Origin: Vicugna vicugna
Lineage: Eukaryota
Reading direction: 5' to 3'
Assembly (NCBI GenBank): GCA_013265495.1
Contig: MU058198.1
Coordinates: forward strand, 3,608,419-3,672,418
Length of the DNA stretch: 64,000 bases
Under the pieces are notes generated by a model that saw only the letters and a list, made by a program, of their open reading frames with translations, was not told the origin of the DNA and did not search any database. Shown here in pieces: positions 24,812 to 38,260 of this stretch. Each line of letters begins with the position of its first letter. The first letter of the stretch is position 1. The position numbers and the translations under genes were made by a program.

Positions 24812-25297
24812 ATGGAGAAGGTGTGGAGAAAAGGGAACCCTCCTACACTGTTGGTGGGAATGTGGTTTGGTGCAGCCATTATGGGAAATAGTGTGGAGAT
24901 TCCTCAAAAAACTAAAAATAGACTTACCATATGATCCAGCAATTCCACTCCTGGGCATACATCTGGAGGAAACTCTAATTTGAAAAGATACATGTGCCCT
25001 GATGTTCATAGCAGCACTATTTAGAACAGCCAATACATGGAAGCAACCTAAATGTCCATCAGCAGATGACTGGATAAGAAGATTGGCAGATAGGAACTAC
25101 TATATATGAAATTAATAAAAAACAAGGCCTTACTGTATAGCACAGAGAACTTTATTCAATATCTTGTAATAACCTATGATGAAAAAGAATATGAAAAATA
25201 TCAGATATCTATGTATAACTGAAACATTATGCTGCACACCAGAAATTAACACAACCCTGTAAACCAACTATACTTCAATTCAAAAATAAAAAAAAAA
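24812..25297 (+). mobile_element. 5'-truncated L1 with an internal deletion
   Basis: gtgtggagaaaagggaaccctcctacac...gactggataagaa joined to gattggcagata...A tail; TSD gaagtgag (24804-24811, 25298-25305). Confidence 0.9.
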
Positions 25298-26084
25298 GAA
25301 GTGAGGCAGAAATTTAAACTAAATAGCATTTACATTCTAACTAGAGCACTTGGTTATTTTTCCCCCCTCAGTCAAAAATACAAACACTATATTCAGATGG
25401 TCAGTATCAACATAATCCTTAATTTTTTTTCTGTGAACACCAATGGACTTCTGAAAGTCTAAAGAACCTTCGTTTTATTACTTTTGGCTAATTCTTTTAA
25501 GTTTGGGTTCAGAGGTGCAGAGTTCCAAATATCTAATGTAAGGAACTACTAGTGCATCCCTGAAACAACCCTGTTTCTTTATCACACTTGTGTCCAAGGT
25601 TAAACAGAATATGCAGGTGGATACAGATGGAGACTAAATTAGTTGAAAAAACCAAACATTTTCCTAAAATTCCTTTTTTACTCCCTCCCAGATCTTTGAT
25701 GATTTATGATGCTGTTATTTGAATATTCAGATCCCTTTGTAGAGTCTGGGAAGCATAAATAAAAAGTGGGAATGGACTCAAGGGATTTAGTTTTCACGTG
25801 TGTGTCTTTTCACTGTTACCTATACTAAAGTTATTGTATAGAAAAAATATATCAAGATGCTTGGAAAATTTTCAGCTTTACAGGTACCATCTTAACTTTA
25901 CATGAATTCAAACTTGTCTAATAACAGGAGAAGAAATATAACTACTATTAATTTAAAAAATCGGATACTGTGTGATTTTTTTTTCTAAGACCTTTTGAAA
26001 GTAACTATCATTTCGTCTAAAGTACATACCCCATAGTACTTACTAAGTTGTTTCATAAACAACAAGAAAAATGAGGCAAAAACA

Positions 26085-26320
26085 CAAGGACTTGGTTTGG
26101 AGCATCTTCAGTTTGACATTCAGATGGTGGTATGAGCAAGCAGGAGAGAGCTCTGGGCTGAGAGGTGCACATTTGGGAGTCACCAATATGAGCAGAGTGA
26201 TGAATCTTGTGGATTGACAAGATGACCTGGGGGGAGAGTGTCCACAGGGAAGAGACCAGCACCTGGGACAGAGCCTCAAGGAATTCCAACGGGTTAAGGA
26301 TTGCGGGGGAACAGGAGCAG
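26085..26320 (-). mobile_element. L2 LINE fragment (probable continuation of L2 at about 24570-24800)
   Basis: ggagagagctctgggctgagaggtgcacatttgggagtcaccaa. Confidence 0.65.
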
Positions 26321-27672
26321 GAGCCAGGGAAAGGGGGAAGGGACCTCGGAGGGCAGGATTGGGAAGTGATAGGGAGGCTGACTTCTGTGCAGTCTAAAGA
26401 ACTTTCTGGTATTAGAGCTGTCCTTAGAGGGTGGAGAGCTCCTGGGCTGGGGAGACGTGTGAACCATCCATGGTGACCATCTCTCGGGAATGTTTTGGAA
26501 AGAATACTTGAATCAATATGGAGTGAGATCAGATGGCTATGAGTGGGCTAGAGTTGTTTGGTTCTTCGTAAGCAGCAAAAATCAAGTGGAAGGGTATGTG
26601 GTTCTATATTCACGCAGTGCTAGGCCATAGAAAGAACGGGGTCCAGAGTGGCTCTTGGATCTGGGTGGCAGGAGCTAATGGGCCACCTTCTCCTGGCAAC
26701 GCTACTGATTTAAGAATTATATTCCCAGGAGAAAGAGTGTGATTGGCCAATCTTGGGTCACATTGCCAACCCCTTGGCTGGGGGGAGTCAGGCAATTTGA
26801 TTGACAGCACTGCCAAGACTGCACATCGTGGAGCAAGGAAAGTCAGCTTGCCACTTAGCAGAAGAAGGGACAGTGGCTGCTGTGTGGACAAAACCAGCAG
26901 ATGCCCACTGTGATCTCCACGGGCCGTTTGCAGTGTTCACGTAGCAGCCCACCCCTTCATGCAGAGAGAGCTGTTGCTGGGGTTTTGCCTGCTGGAGGAT
27001 TAAGCTTTCTCTGTTTGCTTTTTAGAGTAAGTTAGGGGACTGGGAATGACATGAATTTGTCTCTGGGCTTCAAGCCACTAGCTCTGGAGGCACAATTTGG
27101 TAGACAGGACTCATGTCATTTCTTCCTTTCTTTTATTTCTTCTTCTTCTTTTTTAAACTCATGTCGTTTCTTGACAGTCAAGAAGGAACTTGGCCTTGTG
27201 GCTACATGGCCCCTCCTCCAAGAGCAAGGGTAGGAGATGGTAGTAGCAGATGGTGTAAATCTCTGTTGCATCATCAAAGTGGATGTGCCCATCCTATAAG
27301 GCACTTACTGAAAAGAAGCCCAAGTAACAGGTGCCTGTGGATAAAGGAGACCTGGCAGATCTTATGCCTCCTGGCACTTCCTCTTACCTGAACAAACACT
27401 GAGCGCAGCCACCTTCATAGGACTGCGATATTTAGAGGACTAAGGGGAGGGTGAAACACTCTCCCAGCTTTCTTCGATTGACCAGCGTGGACTGATAGAA
27501 TTGAATGTTCTTAATATCAAGCCCTTAAATAAAAAAGAAAAGAGATTTGTTTATAGGAACACATGAGACAGGAGAAAACAGGGACCCTCGCTGCCCGTCC
27601 TCCAGCTTCTCACCTTTGGCTTATTAGTCACGTAAGTCCTTTGGTCTTAGGAAACAAAAACCCAGCTCAAAT

Positions 27673-28091
27673 AAACCAGAAAGAGAAAGAAAAATACCAT
27701 ATAATACTACTTACATGTGGAATCTTAAAAAAAAAAAAAGACAAACGAACTTATTTACAAAACAGAAACAGACTTGACACAGAAAACAAACTTAGGGTTA
27801 CCAGGATCCCAAGTGGGTGGGAAGGGATAAATTGGGAGTTCGAGATTTGCAGATACTAATATATATATATATTATAATAGGTAGAATATATACATATATA
27901 ATAGGTAGACAAGAAGTTTATGCTGTCTAGCACAGGGAACTATATTCAATATCTTGTAGTAACTTACAGTGAAAAAGAATATGGAAACACATACATGTAT
28001 GTTCCTGTATGATTGAAGTATTGTGCTGTACACCAGAAACTGACACAACATTGTAGACTGACCGTACGTCATTAAAAATATATTTAAAAAA
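27673..28091 (+). mobile_element. 5'-truncated young L1 3' end inserted in an MLT1-like LTR (about 27630-28410)
   Basis: ccagaaagagaaagaaaaataccat...gggataaattgggagttcgagatttgcag...A-rich end; MaLR sequence resumes at ttggtttagacaagaaagg. Confidence 0.88.
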
Positions 28092-29214
28092 GCCAAATCA
28101 AGTTGGTTTAGACAAGAAAGGATTTGTTGACTTGTATAGAAAAGTCGAGGGGTTCTCCCTTCAAGCTTGGTTGGATCCAGGTTCTCCTGTGTGATTACCA
28201 GACATCTCTTGGCCCGGCTTTTCTCTTTCTTGGCTTCATTCTCAGAGAAGCTTTTCCTTTGTGATCATAAAGATGGCAGACGCAGACTCATCCCCCGCCA
28301 GTGTAGTGATACTGCCGGAGAATAAATCCTCTTTCTCAATAATTCCAGCAAGAGTCCTAAAGCTGATTCTCACTGGGCGGCTTGAGCCACATGCCCATCC
28401 TTGAATCCACACTGTGGCCTGGGTCCTATGTCTGCCCCAGAGCCAGTGCGTGCAGGCATCCTTAGCCAGCTCACAGGAGCTCGGAGGCCGATGCCCCGGA
28501 TAGAAGCAGAGAGGAGGGGTGCTGGCTGGGCACGTTCACCACACTTGGTTTCGGGACCAGGTCTTCTGGTCCGAGAGCTCTAGGGCAGGATGTGGCTGGT
28601 GAACGCAGACATGTTGTTTCCTCCGAGGCCATAGCGTTAACGTCCTGCTGCCCCCAGCTTCGGGTCCCGATCAAAAGGGAGAGGCCAAGGGGTCAAGAAC
28701 AATCCCCACGTGTTATCCAAGCAAACAGGATGTCTCCAGCAGCTGTCCTGCGCAGGGGCCTTCTCCCTAGGGTTGGCATAGCAGAGGGTGGTGGTGGGCG
28801 GTGACTTTCTTCTCATGGGCTTATTTACTTCTGAGGCCTGTCCTTTACCTCTTGTTGGCGCCTCTGCTTTATCTGGCTTAGTTAAATGAATTATGAACAA
28901 AAACATTCCTTTCCTGCAGTTGCTGACCACGGCGAGGCTGTCGATTTTGCTTTTGCTTTTGTGCTCCCTTTGCAGTGCTGGGCTGTTGATAAACAAGATG
29001 CAATTTGCTCTTGCTTTTTCCTCTCTTCTGGGAGGAAATCCTCATCATTAGAACCTCACGAATTCCCTTTGTGCCTGGGGAAATAATGGTAGCCCCGTAC
29101 GATGGAATAAGATGCAGTCTTAGAAACAGAATGGGGTCATTGTTTACATATTGAGGTGGAACGGGCCTCCAGATGTGCTAGTTTGGGAAAAGGCACAGGT
29201 GGAGTGTGCAGGTC

Positions 29215-29362
29215 AGCGGTGCACATCAACATCTGGGTCACCTGTGTCCAGCCTCCCCCTCCTCCCCTGCATTAATCAGAATCTCTGGACGTGGGACTTG
29301 AGTGCTGATTTGTTTTAAAAACTCCTGGTGGCTCAGTGTGCAGCCAGGGCTGAGAACCAGGG
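29215..29362. mobile_element. MER5-like hAT relic
   Basis: aatcagaatctctgg...ttttaaaaactcctggtg...cagccagggctgagaacca. Confidence 0.65.
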
Positions 29363-30011
29363 GTGTAGAATTGTATCATAGATGGGTGAACCACAAGGGA
29401 CATAGATAAAAAAAAAGGGAAATAAAGAATTTGAGTCCATACGTATGTGGAGCCTCCCATGTGCTCCCCCACATGCAGAGTATCTGTAGAAGGATGGAGA
29501 AGAAACTGGGAAGAACAGTGCCCTCTGACGATGGAGTGATTCTCAGTGGTACGCTCATCTGTAATGTTGGAATTTTAAGCCGTAAGCATGGCGCACAGTT
29601 TTAAAAAGGAATCTGCACTGCTCACCCGAGGCTGGCCAGGCAGGACTGAGATGAGCTCACACAGCTTGGCTGTGTTGGGACCAGCCGCCCACAGTTGCAC
29701 GCAGACCGCCCACCACTCCAGCCACAGCTGCCTTCCTCTTGACTCAGCCGTGGTGAGTGATTTCTGAGTGAGCGGGTGACCAAACAGCCCAGTCATTCAT
29801 TTATTCATTCATTCGTTGTTAATGCATTCATTCATATTTTTATTAAGAATTAGATGTGGGGCAGGCACACGCCAGGCACGTGAATCTCGTCTCATCCTCA
29901 CAATTAGATGTCAAGTAGGTGATCTTACCCCCAGTCTGTGGTTGGGGATATTTTAGCTCTGAGATAATATATAATCAAGGTGGATGTATTTGAGTCAGGA
30001 TGACTGGCTAC

Positions 30012-30250
30012 AACAGAGCTTGTAAACTGCTGGAACTCAGATGTCTTTGGATGCTCTGCACAGAGCTTTGAAAAAAATTCCATCTGGCAACACTGGACTG
30101 GTGGTCCCAGGGCCACTGTAGGATGGAGCCGAGTGTTGCTGGGATGGGCATGTGCTGTCCAGTTCAGCCCCAGCCACCCTTCCCTGCTGTATCACAGGCT
30201 CACGCAGTCAAAGGCCTGGCCTCTGTAGGCATTTGAGTTTGTAACCCCTG
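30012..30250. mobile_element. MER102-like hAT relic
   Basis: Ends cctggcctctgtaggcatttgagtttgtaacccctg. Confidence 0.55.
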
Positions 30251-30607
30251 CAACAAAGCAGGTAGGATGAGTCAACCGTTATCTGTCCCATGGGGTTCCT
30301 GAGCTGAATCACCCTGTGGAATGTGTCATCTCTACTCCAGTCTGGCCTTCGGTCTGCTGGTGGGCGAATTAAGCTCTCTGCCTTCAGTTTCCTTTGTGGA
30401 CATCATGTGATGGGCTTTTGGTAGTGATATGTTTGTGGGACAAATTTGTACAGCCGGGAATGGGTAACATGTATTACAGAAAGGGGCAGTCACCCAGCCT
30501 GGCAGGAGTGCGGGGCAGTGGAGTGAAAGGAGATAAGAGTAAATTTAGACGGTGGCTATGCTGTGGATGGATTCCAGGCTATGGTATTTGAACTTCATTT
30601 TTTAGGC

Positions 30608-30752
30608 CAGGGCTGTCTAATAAGACTTTCCATGATGAGTGTCCAATATGGTGGCCTCTAGCCACATGTGACTATTAAGCCCTTGAATTTTAAATTTTAT
30701 TGGCATAGCCCCCCTGTCACCGGTGGCTACCATATTGGACAGCGCAGCTTTA
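30608..30752. mobile_element. MER3-like hAT relic
   Basis: gtccaatatggtggcctctagccacatgtgac ... gtggctaccatattggacagc (internal inverted repeats). Confidence 0.7.
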
Positions 30753-32626
30753 GAAGATCCTGAGGCCGCCAGTGAATGTTTTGGAGCAAGGAAATAATAT
30801 TAAGCTGATTTTCCAGAGGGTGAATTTTCCAAGAGTGTGTAGGCTGCAGGGGGTGGAGGGAAGAAGGTAGGAATAATAATGACAGTATTTAGTGTATGTT
30901 AGGCTCTTACTGTGTCCACACACCGTGCTAAGATGAAATCATTTAATCCTCGTAACAACTCTATGAGAAAAGCACTGTTATTACTTCTGCTTTATAGACT
31001 GGGAAATCGAGACACAGCAAGGTCAGTGGGCTTAGTCAAGGTCACAAAGCACTTGGTAAATAACTAGTAGCACTTGCTGTACAGCTTGGACTGTAAACCT
31101 CTCTAACCGGGAAGGAAGGAAGTAAACCTGCACTGAGAGCTCACTTTGTGCCCTGATGCTGTTCGTTTGTACCTGACCTCTTATTTAGATTTCACTGCAA
31201 TCAGATGACATTAGTGGTCTTATCTCCTCTGTGGTTATGAAACTTTGACCCAGGGAGATGAGATATCAAGGCAGGATCATCAGTTTCAGAGGATACCAGT
31301 TAAGGCTTCATTGCAAAATTCCACGTCCGAATTACTGAGGGCAGTTAGGGTGGAACCTGTGGGGAAAGTACAGGAGGATATGGTATAAAAGATCTAGGAG
31401 GAAAGAATCGGTAGGATTTAGCAACTGACTGGATGGCTGGGGTGAGGAAAGCGGGGAAGGATTTCTTCCGGAACAGGGAGTTGAATGACAGACACAAATG
31501 CAGCCACACAATGTGAGTCCAGAGTGGGGTCTGGAGGAAGACAAACCTGATTGCAAGTACAAGCATTGCCCTCGACTAGCTGGATGCCCTTGGGCAAGTC
31601 TTTTCTGTCTGAGCACCAGCATCCCTGTGGTTAATGCAGGTCAGAACACCTTCCTCCGGGGGCCATGAAGCAGCTCAGGTGAAACCATGGAAGGCCTTTG
31701 CAGACTCAAGGCCATGGCCAGGGGACTCACTCTTCTGAATGCCAGTGAGGCCAGGTGTTGGGTGGAAGTGGTGACCAGGCCCTTATGCCTCTGATCATGG
31801 AAATGGCTCCGGAAAGCACGTGGGGGAGCCCCACCTCATCTTAGACACCAGATAGAGCTGCATGCCTGTGCGTCAGCTTTGACCTGGAAGGAAAGAGGGA
31901 TCTTTTCCAGTAATTGCAAAGCAAAATTTGCATGCTGCTGGCTCCCACTCCAGGGCCTGTTACCACCACACACTTTGCATGCCTTGTCTCATTTGAGCTT
32001 CACGACAGCTTTCTGAGAGTCGACACTGTTATCCGTCCCATTTTGGAGAAGGAGATGGAGGGTCAGAGAGGCATAGCAATTGGGCTCGTGTCCTTCAGTG
32101 CATAGGTCGTAAAACGGGGCTTCAAACTGAGGTCCCTCTGGTCCAGAGGCCTGGCCTGTAGCTCTTGCAGGTGGTGGCTTCCTCTCTTGAGAAATGGCTG
32201 TTTTGGGGCCTCCTGAGTGAGGCGGGAGCTGAAGAGGGTGCGGAGAGCCCTTCTCTTTCTTCTCCCACCACAGTTGTCTGCCACTAGCGCTAGGATGTCT
32301 CTCTTAGCTTGTTACACATTCAGGGATGAAGACTGCTTCCCAGAGTTGTCAACTTTACGCGCTAGACCCTAGCGAGAATAGGTCCAAGAGGTGGGTCAAC
32401 TCCAAAGAGAGAAAAATAGAGATTTAGTGACTCACTCTATTCCTCTTTGGATGCAGCAAATAAATTATAATGACTAGAGGTGGGAATGTGGGGCTGGGCG
32501 CAGTATAAGGCAGAGTTGGGGGTCCCCTTGCTTTCTGGGAGGCAGATTCTCCAGAGAAGTCTCCCGGGCTTTTGACTGTAGTTTGCTCCTTCTGGTATCA
32601 ACCAGGTTTCTCCCATCCTTGGCTCA

Positions 32627-33112
32627 TGTATTAGTTTCCTGCTGCTGGGATAACAGATGACCACAAACTTAATGGTTGAAAATGGCACAGATTTATTCCC
32701 TCATAGCCCTCTGAAAATGGGTCGTATGAGGCTAAAATCAAGATGTCAGCAGGGCTTCATTCCTTCTGGAGGCTCTAGGGAGCCGTCTGTGCCCCGGCTT
32801 TTCTAGCTTTTAGAGGCCATCCACATTGTTGCCTGGCTTGTGTTCCTTTCCGGCAACGGCATCATTCCAGCCTCTGCTTTTATAGTCACACCTCCTTCTC
32901 TGACTCTGACCCCCTCCTGCCTCCTTCTAATAAGGACCGTTACAATGACATTGGGCCCATCAGGATCTCCAGTGTAATTCCCATTCTCAGGACCCTTGAT
33001 TTAATCACCTCTGCAGAATCCGTTTTGCCCTGGAAAGTAACATGATCACAAGTTCCAGGGATTAGGACATGGACGCCTTCGGTGAGGCTGAGGGAAGACA
33101 TTGTTCCACCTG
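32627..33112 (-). mobile_element. MaLR LTR (MLT1C/D-like)
   Basis: tgtattagtttcct...accacaaactt...tccttctggaggctctaggga...ttccagggattaggacatggac. Confidence 0.85.
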
Positions 33113-34149
33113 CAAAGCTGGCCTGTGAGCTTCGTGATTCTACGCGTCATAAGGGAGAGATGGAGGTGGGTTGAGTTTGGGAGTTTAATCTCATTCTCTG
33201 CTGGAGCCAAGTAGCAGCAGTTTCCCCTTCTAAACAGGGCGTCCATGCATTCTTCCACCTCACCCCCAGGCATTTTCATTGCTCACCTGGCCCCTAAGGC
33301 ATTTGAACTTGAGACTCCATTGTTTATTCCTAATAAGGCATGGCTGCAGCTCGGATTCAGAGGGCTTGCAGGCTGCAGGCTTTTAACTTCTGCAGAGCAA
33401 GGAGTTATTGAATAAATCATGAAGCATCTAGGAATTCTTGGCTCTTCCCAGGTACCTGTTTGAACATAGGACCTGGTACATGTTTCGGCAGCTCAGTAAA
33501 TGTTGGCTCTTATGTAAGAAAAGCTAGTCTTACCCTGAATTTGCCAAACAGAAATGAGGGGGTGTTTATTTGTATCACAAAAGAATTTAGTTTGTTTCTT
33601 TAAATAGCCAACCCTACTACTTTTCATTGAAGTGTTTTAGTTAATGGGAAATTTGATTTGCAGAACTTTTCAGAAGCACATTGTGTAAAGGAAGTGCCTG
33701 CTTCAGAAGCTCATCAACTTTCCAGCCTGTTCCCAGCTTCCCTGGAGAGTGTACTGGAGTGTAGTCAAGTCACTCAGCGTATTGATGCTTCCTCGGTGGG
33801 GATGGATTATTTATTTTTGTGGCTAATTGGAAGCCTGCCTACAGAGACCTTGTCCATGGCTGATGCACTGCTGTCCCTACCCATGGGAGTGGGATGTGGA
33901 AGGCCAGCCGGGAGCCACAGCAACCATGAAGTTGGTGTGGCTTTCCTCTTTTTCCGAAGCTGATGATATTCATTCTTTTGTTCATCCATTCACCAAACAT
34001 TTATTTCCTAAATACCCACTTATCTACCAGGGATTGTGGTAGACCCTAGGAAACTAGAGGTGAGCCCCCTTCCTTCCTTCAAAGAGGGTAAGGATGAGTA
34101 AGATCATAACTGATGTTGTGAAGAAAGGTTCTAGACTAAAGTAACTCCT

Positions 34150-36140
34150 TGTAAATGGTGAGTTGGATGAGAGGGGAACTTTCCTAATCATTTCTGGGTT
34201 AACGAAGAAACTAAAACCATAATACTAGACCACTTAGAAACTTAAGGCAATGATAGCACTAAACAAAGACACAGGATGCAGCCAAAGCTGTACTTGAAAG
34301 GAAACTTTTTAGCTTTAAAGTCTTTAAAGTTTTAGTGAAGAAAAATGGGAAGAAGTTAACTGAGCAGTCAATTCAAGAAGCTTTAAAAAGAATAATAAAT
34401 AACAGTACAGACATCTGTTGAATACTCGTGATGGGCTAGGCACAGTTCTGAGTGTGGATGGATTAGCTCATTTAATTCTGGCAACACCTCTGTGATATGG
34501 GTATTATTATTATCACCATCATTTTTCAGAGAGGAAACTGAAGCCCAGCGAGATAAGATAATGTGCCCAAGTATTATAGTTTGCAGGTGATGAATGTAGC
34601 ATCCAAACCTGGCCATCTAACTCCAGAATTCATACTCCCCATCAACAAGTAATACAAGTACAAATAGAAGTGAAATAAGTGGGACAAATAAAAGTAAAAT
34701 CAACAATTAATAAGTAGGAAGAAGCCCAGTAGAATTGAGAAATGTGTCCGTGACTTGTTTTCCTTAAGATGAAAAGGAATATGTGTATATATATGTGTGA
34801 CTGAAACATTATACTGTGCACCAGAAATTGACACATTGTAAACTGACTACACTTCAATTAAAAAAGGATTCAAAAAAAAAAAAAAGAAAGAACAATAAAA
34901 TGGACAACAAGGAAGATAAACTTCTGAAAAAAATAAAAAGAGAGACTAGCAATACAATGTAAAGAAAGCAGGAGAAAGGGCAGAGCACCATTCCAGATAA
35001 GATGTTACAGTTGAAACACATGGAGAACACTGTGGATAATTCCAAGGGAAAATATAAATTTCCAAAGTTAGTTTGAGAAGAGTGTGAGGGAGAGGTGAAG
35101 CTGGTGCAAGCTCAAAATGGGACAGGACTGTCTCCTGTCATCTCTTTTATTCTACACTGTTCTGAAAACTCTAGACGTGGAAATACGGTAAGGGGAAAAA
35201 TAGATGCTTACCCATCAGGGAGGAGAAAAGAAAATATTGTTATTATTGGGGATAATATGATTCTCTGCTCGGAAAACTCAAAGGAAGTAAATGAAAACCC
35301 ACAAAAACTATCATGATTTTTAAAAAATGCTTACAAGGTAAATACACTGAAAGTTTATCGCTTTCTTTTTTGTAAATGACAACCAGTTGCAAAACGAAAT
35401 GGAAAAGTTGTCAAAATCACAATCGCATAGAAAAAGAATCTTTCAGATAATACTAAGCGAGAATGTGTAGAACTACAGAGAAAATTAAAGAGACATAAAA
35501 TCAGCTTTTAACAAGAGGACAGCCTATGCCTGATAGAAAGACACATTGTTATAAAAGCATCAATTATCCTGAATTAAATTTCTGAATTTCAGACAATTTT
35601 GGTCAAAGTCCCAATTAATTTTTTCTGGGAGTAGGGGTGGGGAATTCACGAAATACAGTTCCAATAAAAATTCCATTGGTATTTTTAAACGCTTGACAAA
35701 CTGATTCTGAAGTTCACTTGGATCACAGTGATTGCCAAGAAAATGTTGAAAATAAGGATAATGAGGGAGGACTTGCCCTGCCAAGATATAGCATATTGTA
35801 AAGCTACTATAATTAAATCCCATATTGCTGTATTATAAGACGGATCAGTGGAATAGAACACAAGGCCCAAAGACAGACCCCAGTCTATATAATTATTTAG
35901 CATATAATAAAGTTGGCATTTGAGATCAGTGGGGAGGAGATGAATTATTCAATAAAAGATGCTGACAGAATTGATTACCTATTTGGGAGGAAATGGCAAA
36001 TTAGATTCCCATGTCATTTCAGATACCAAGAAATTACAGATGGATGAAGGAGTTTAAGGTTCAAATGATGCCATGTAAAAGTAAAAAAAAGAATAATATT
36101 TATAGGGAATTGGGGCATATGGGAAGGCCTTTTGAAGGGT
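34150..36140 (+). mobile_element. Highly degenerate old L1 ORF2 region, interrupted by a MIR (about 34400-34640) and a short young L1 tail (about 34768-34890)
   Basis: gcagccaaagctgtactt; cttgacaaactgattctgaagttc; ggacttgccctgccaagatat; cagtggggaggagatgaattattcaataaa. Confidence 0.7.
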
Positions 36141-36449
36141 AATGGGATTAAGTTTCTTTGTTCATTTTTTTCTCTGAGTGATCTGCAAGTTATACATATT
36201 TCTATTCTCATTTTTATTCTTAATTATTAACATGCATACTTAGAATGTCCTAAATGTTGTTCCTTAATATCTATAAACTTTTGAGGAAGAAGACAAGACT
36301 CTTAGCATATTGCAATTTTATACTCTTTCTCCCACCTCCATCTCTTATGACTTAAGTTCCCCACCCACCTCGCCCCACTTTTCTTTTCGTTCTTTCTTTC
36401 ACTACTGTTTATTATGCCTCTTTGATCCATTTTGTTGTTATTTTTCAGG

Positions 36450-37130
36450 GCGCATATGCTCTATTCTTTTGTGGGAAGTACATTTTCTAAGTCCCTGAAT
36501 TCTGGAAATGTCTTTATCTTGTACGTTCGCTTGAATGCTAGTTTGGCTGTACATAGGGTTTTTGATTCAAGTGACTTTTCCTAAACCTTCGAGGACGCTG
36601 CTCCATTGTGTTCTAGAATTCAGAGTTGCAGATGAGAAATCTGATGTTAAAATTATTTTTGTCCCTTTGTCAGCAATCTTCCCCGCCCCTTTGTCCCGCC
36701 CCTGCCGGACACATTACAGTGATCTCAGAATCTTGATGTTCGCACCATCTGTCTTTTTTTCCATTCGTATCTATTGACATTTGATAGTTTCTTTCAATTT
36801 AATGACTCAAATTCTTCTTAATCTTGAGAGAATTTTATTCTGTTCTCTCTAATTACACCTTCTTTACCATTCCTTCTGTTCTCTCCTGAGCATCCTTTTA
36901 GATGGATATTAGAATTTTTGGATCAGTACTATGTGTTTTGTATCATTTCTCTTATCCTTTCTAGCTTTTTTGGTAGAATTCTGGGAAAATCACTCAATTT
37001 AAACTCCCAGTTGCTGAGTTCTTCAGCTGTGTGCATTCTGTCATCAGCTCAACCACTGAGTTTCCAGTTTTGGCAATTGTATTTTTTATTTCCTGAACTT
37101 TGTTTTTCTTTAACTCTTCTGTTTCAAAAT
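36450..37130 (-). mobile_element. Old L1 (L1M 5'/ORF1-region-like) fragment
   Basis: aaatgtctttat...ctccattgtgttctagaattcagagttgcagatgagaaatctgatg. Confidence 0.55.
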
Positions 37131-37474
37131 GAAAGTAAGCTTATTTTTTTCCTGATTATATAATTAAGATATCCTCTCTGTGAACATTTCCAACCATACA
37201 GATGTAAGGTTGTAAGTAAAAATAATCCACAGTCTTACTGCCCAAAGAGAACCATCCTTGGCATTTTTTGGCCAGTTTGCTCCGCATTCACAGACATACA
37301 GCCACGGAGGGATCCCACACACCCAATACACATATTGTTTGACACAAATGTCTTTATACAAAGATAATATTACTTATAAATGCAGTAAATATTGAAACTG
37401 AAAAGGAAGAAAGCAAAGGAGAAAGAAATTGGCCCCTTTGGAATGCTTCCTGGTTCCTAGCCATGAGGGTTTAA

Positions 37475-38260
37475 AATTTTTTTATTGCGGAAAATATCAA
37501 ATAGACATAAAAGTCGACAAATTAGTACAATGAATCCTCCTGTGTTCATCACCTAGTTTCAGTAATGATCAGTCAAAACTAATTTTTTTCCCATCTATAC
37601 CCTTCCCCTTTCTATCTCCTTCCTGTCATACTGAATTATTTTGAATTAAATCATTGTATCCATAACAATTACAGGATGCGTCCTTAGAGATAAGGATTCT
37701 TTAATGAATATAATCATAATACCATTATTACATCAAAATTCTTATTCCCTTATACCTATAGCAATAATTTCTTCATATCATTAAAAATTGAGTATATCCA
37801 TTTTTCTGATTGTCTCACAACTTTTAAAAACTATTAGTTTATTTAAATTAGGATCCAAATAAGATCCACATATTGCATTTAGTTGGTTTGTTTCTTAGAT
37901 ATCTTTGAATATGTAAGTTTCTCCTCTGCCCTGCTCTTTTCCTCTTGCAGTTTTCTGTTTTTTTCTTTTTTTGAGCAGTTTTAGGCATACGCAAAAATTG
38001 ATTGCAAAGTACAGCTTCCACATACCACCTCAACCCCTTTTCCTCTTGTAGTTTTGGTGAATTGGTAATTGGCTCAAGACGCCTGAACTAATGCAGGCTT
38101 GATTATTTTGGTGCGAGTACTTTGTAGATGGTGGTGGTCTTCACAGTGCTTCCATCAGCACTCAGGTAGTGCCCTTTTGTGATGACAGCAGCGTTGGTGA
38201 TGGCTGCCCAGATCTATTATGTCACCGGAGGTAGCCATGAGGCTTCCTATTCTGTTTTCA
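37475..38260 (-). mobile_element. L1MC4/5-like 3' end
   Basis: ggaaaatatcaaatagacataaaag...cataataccattattacatc...ggatccaaataagatccacatattgcattt. Confidence 0.7.
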
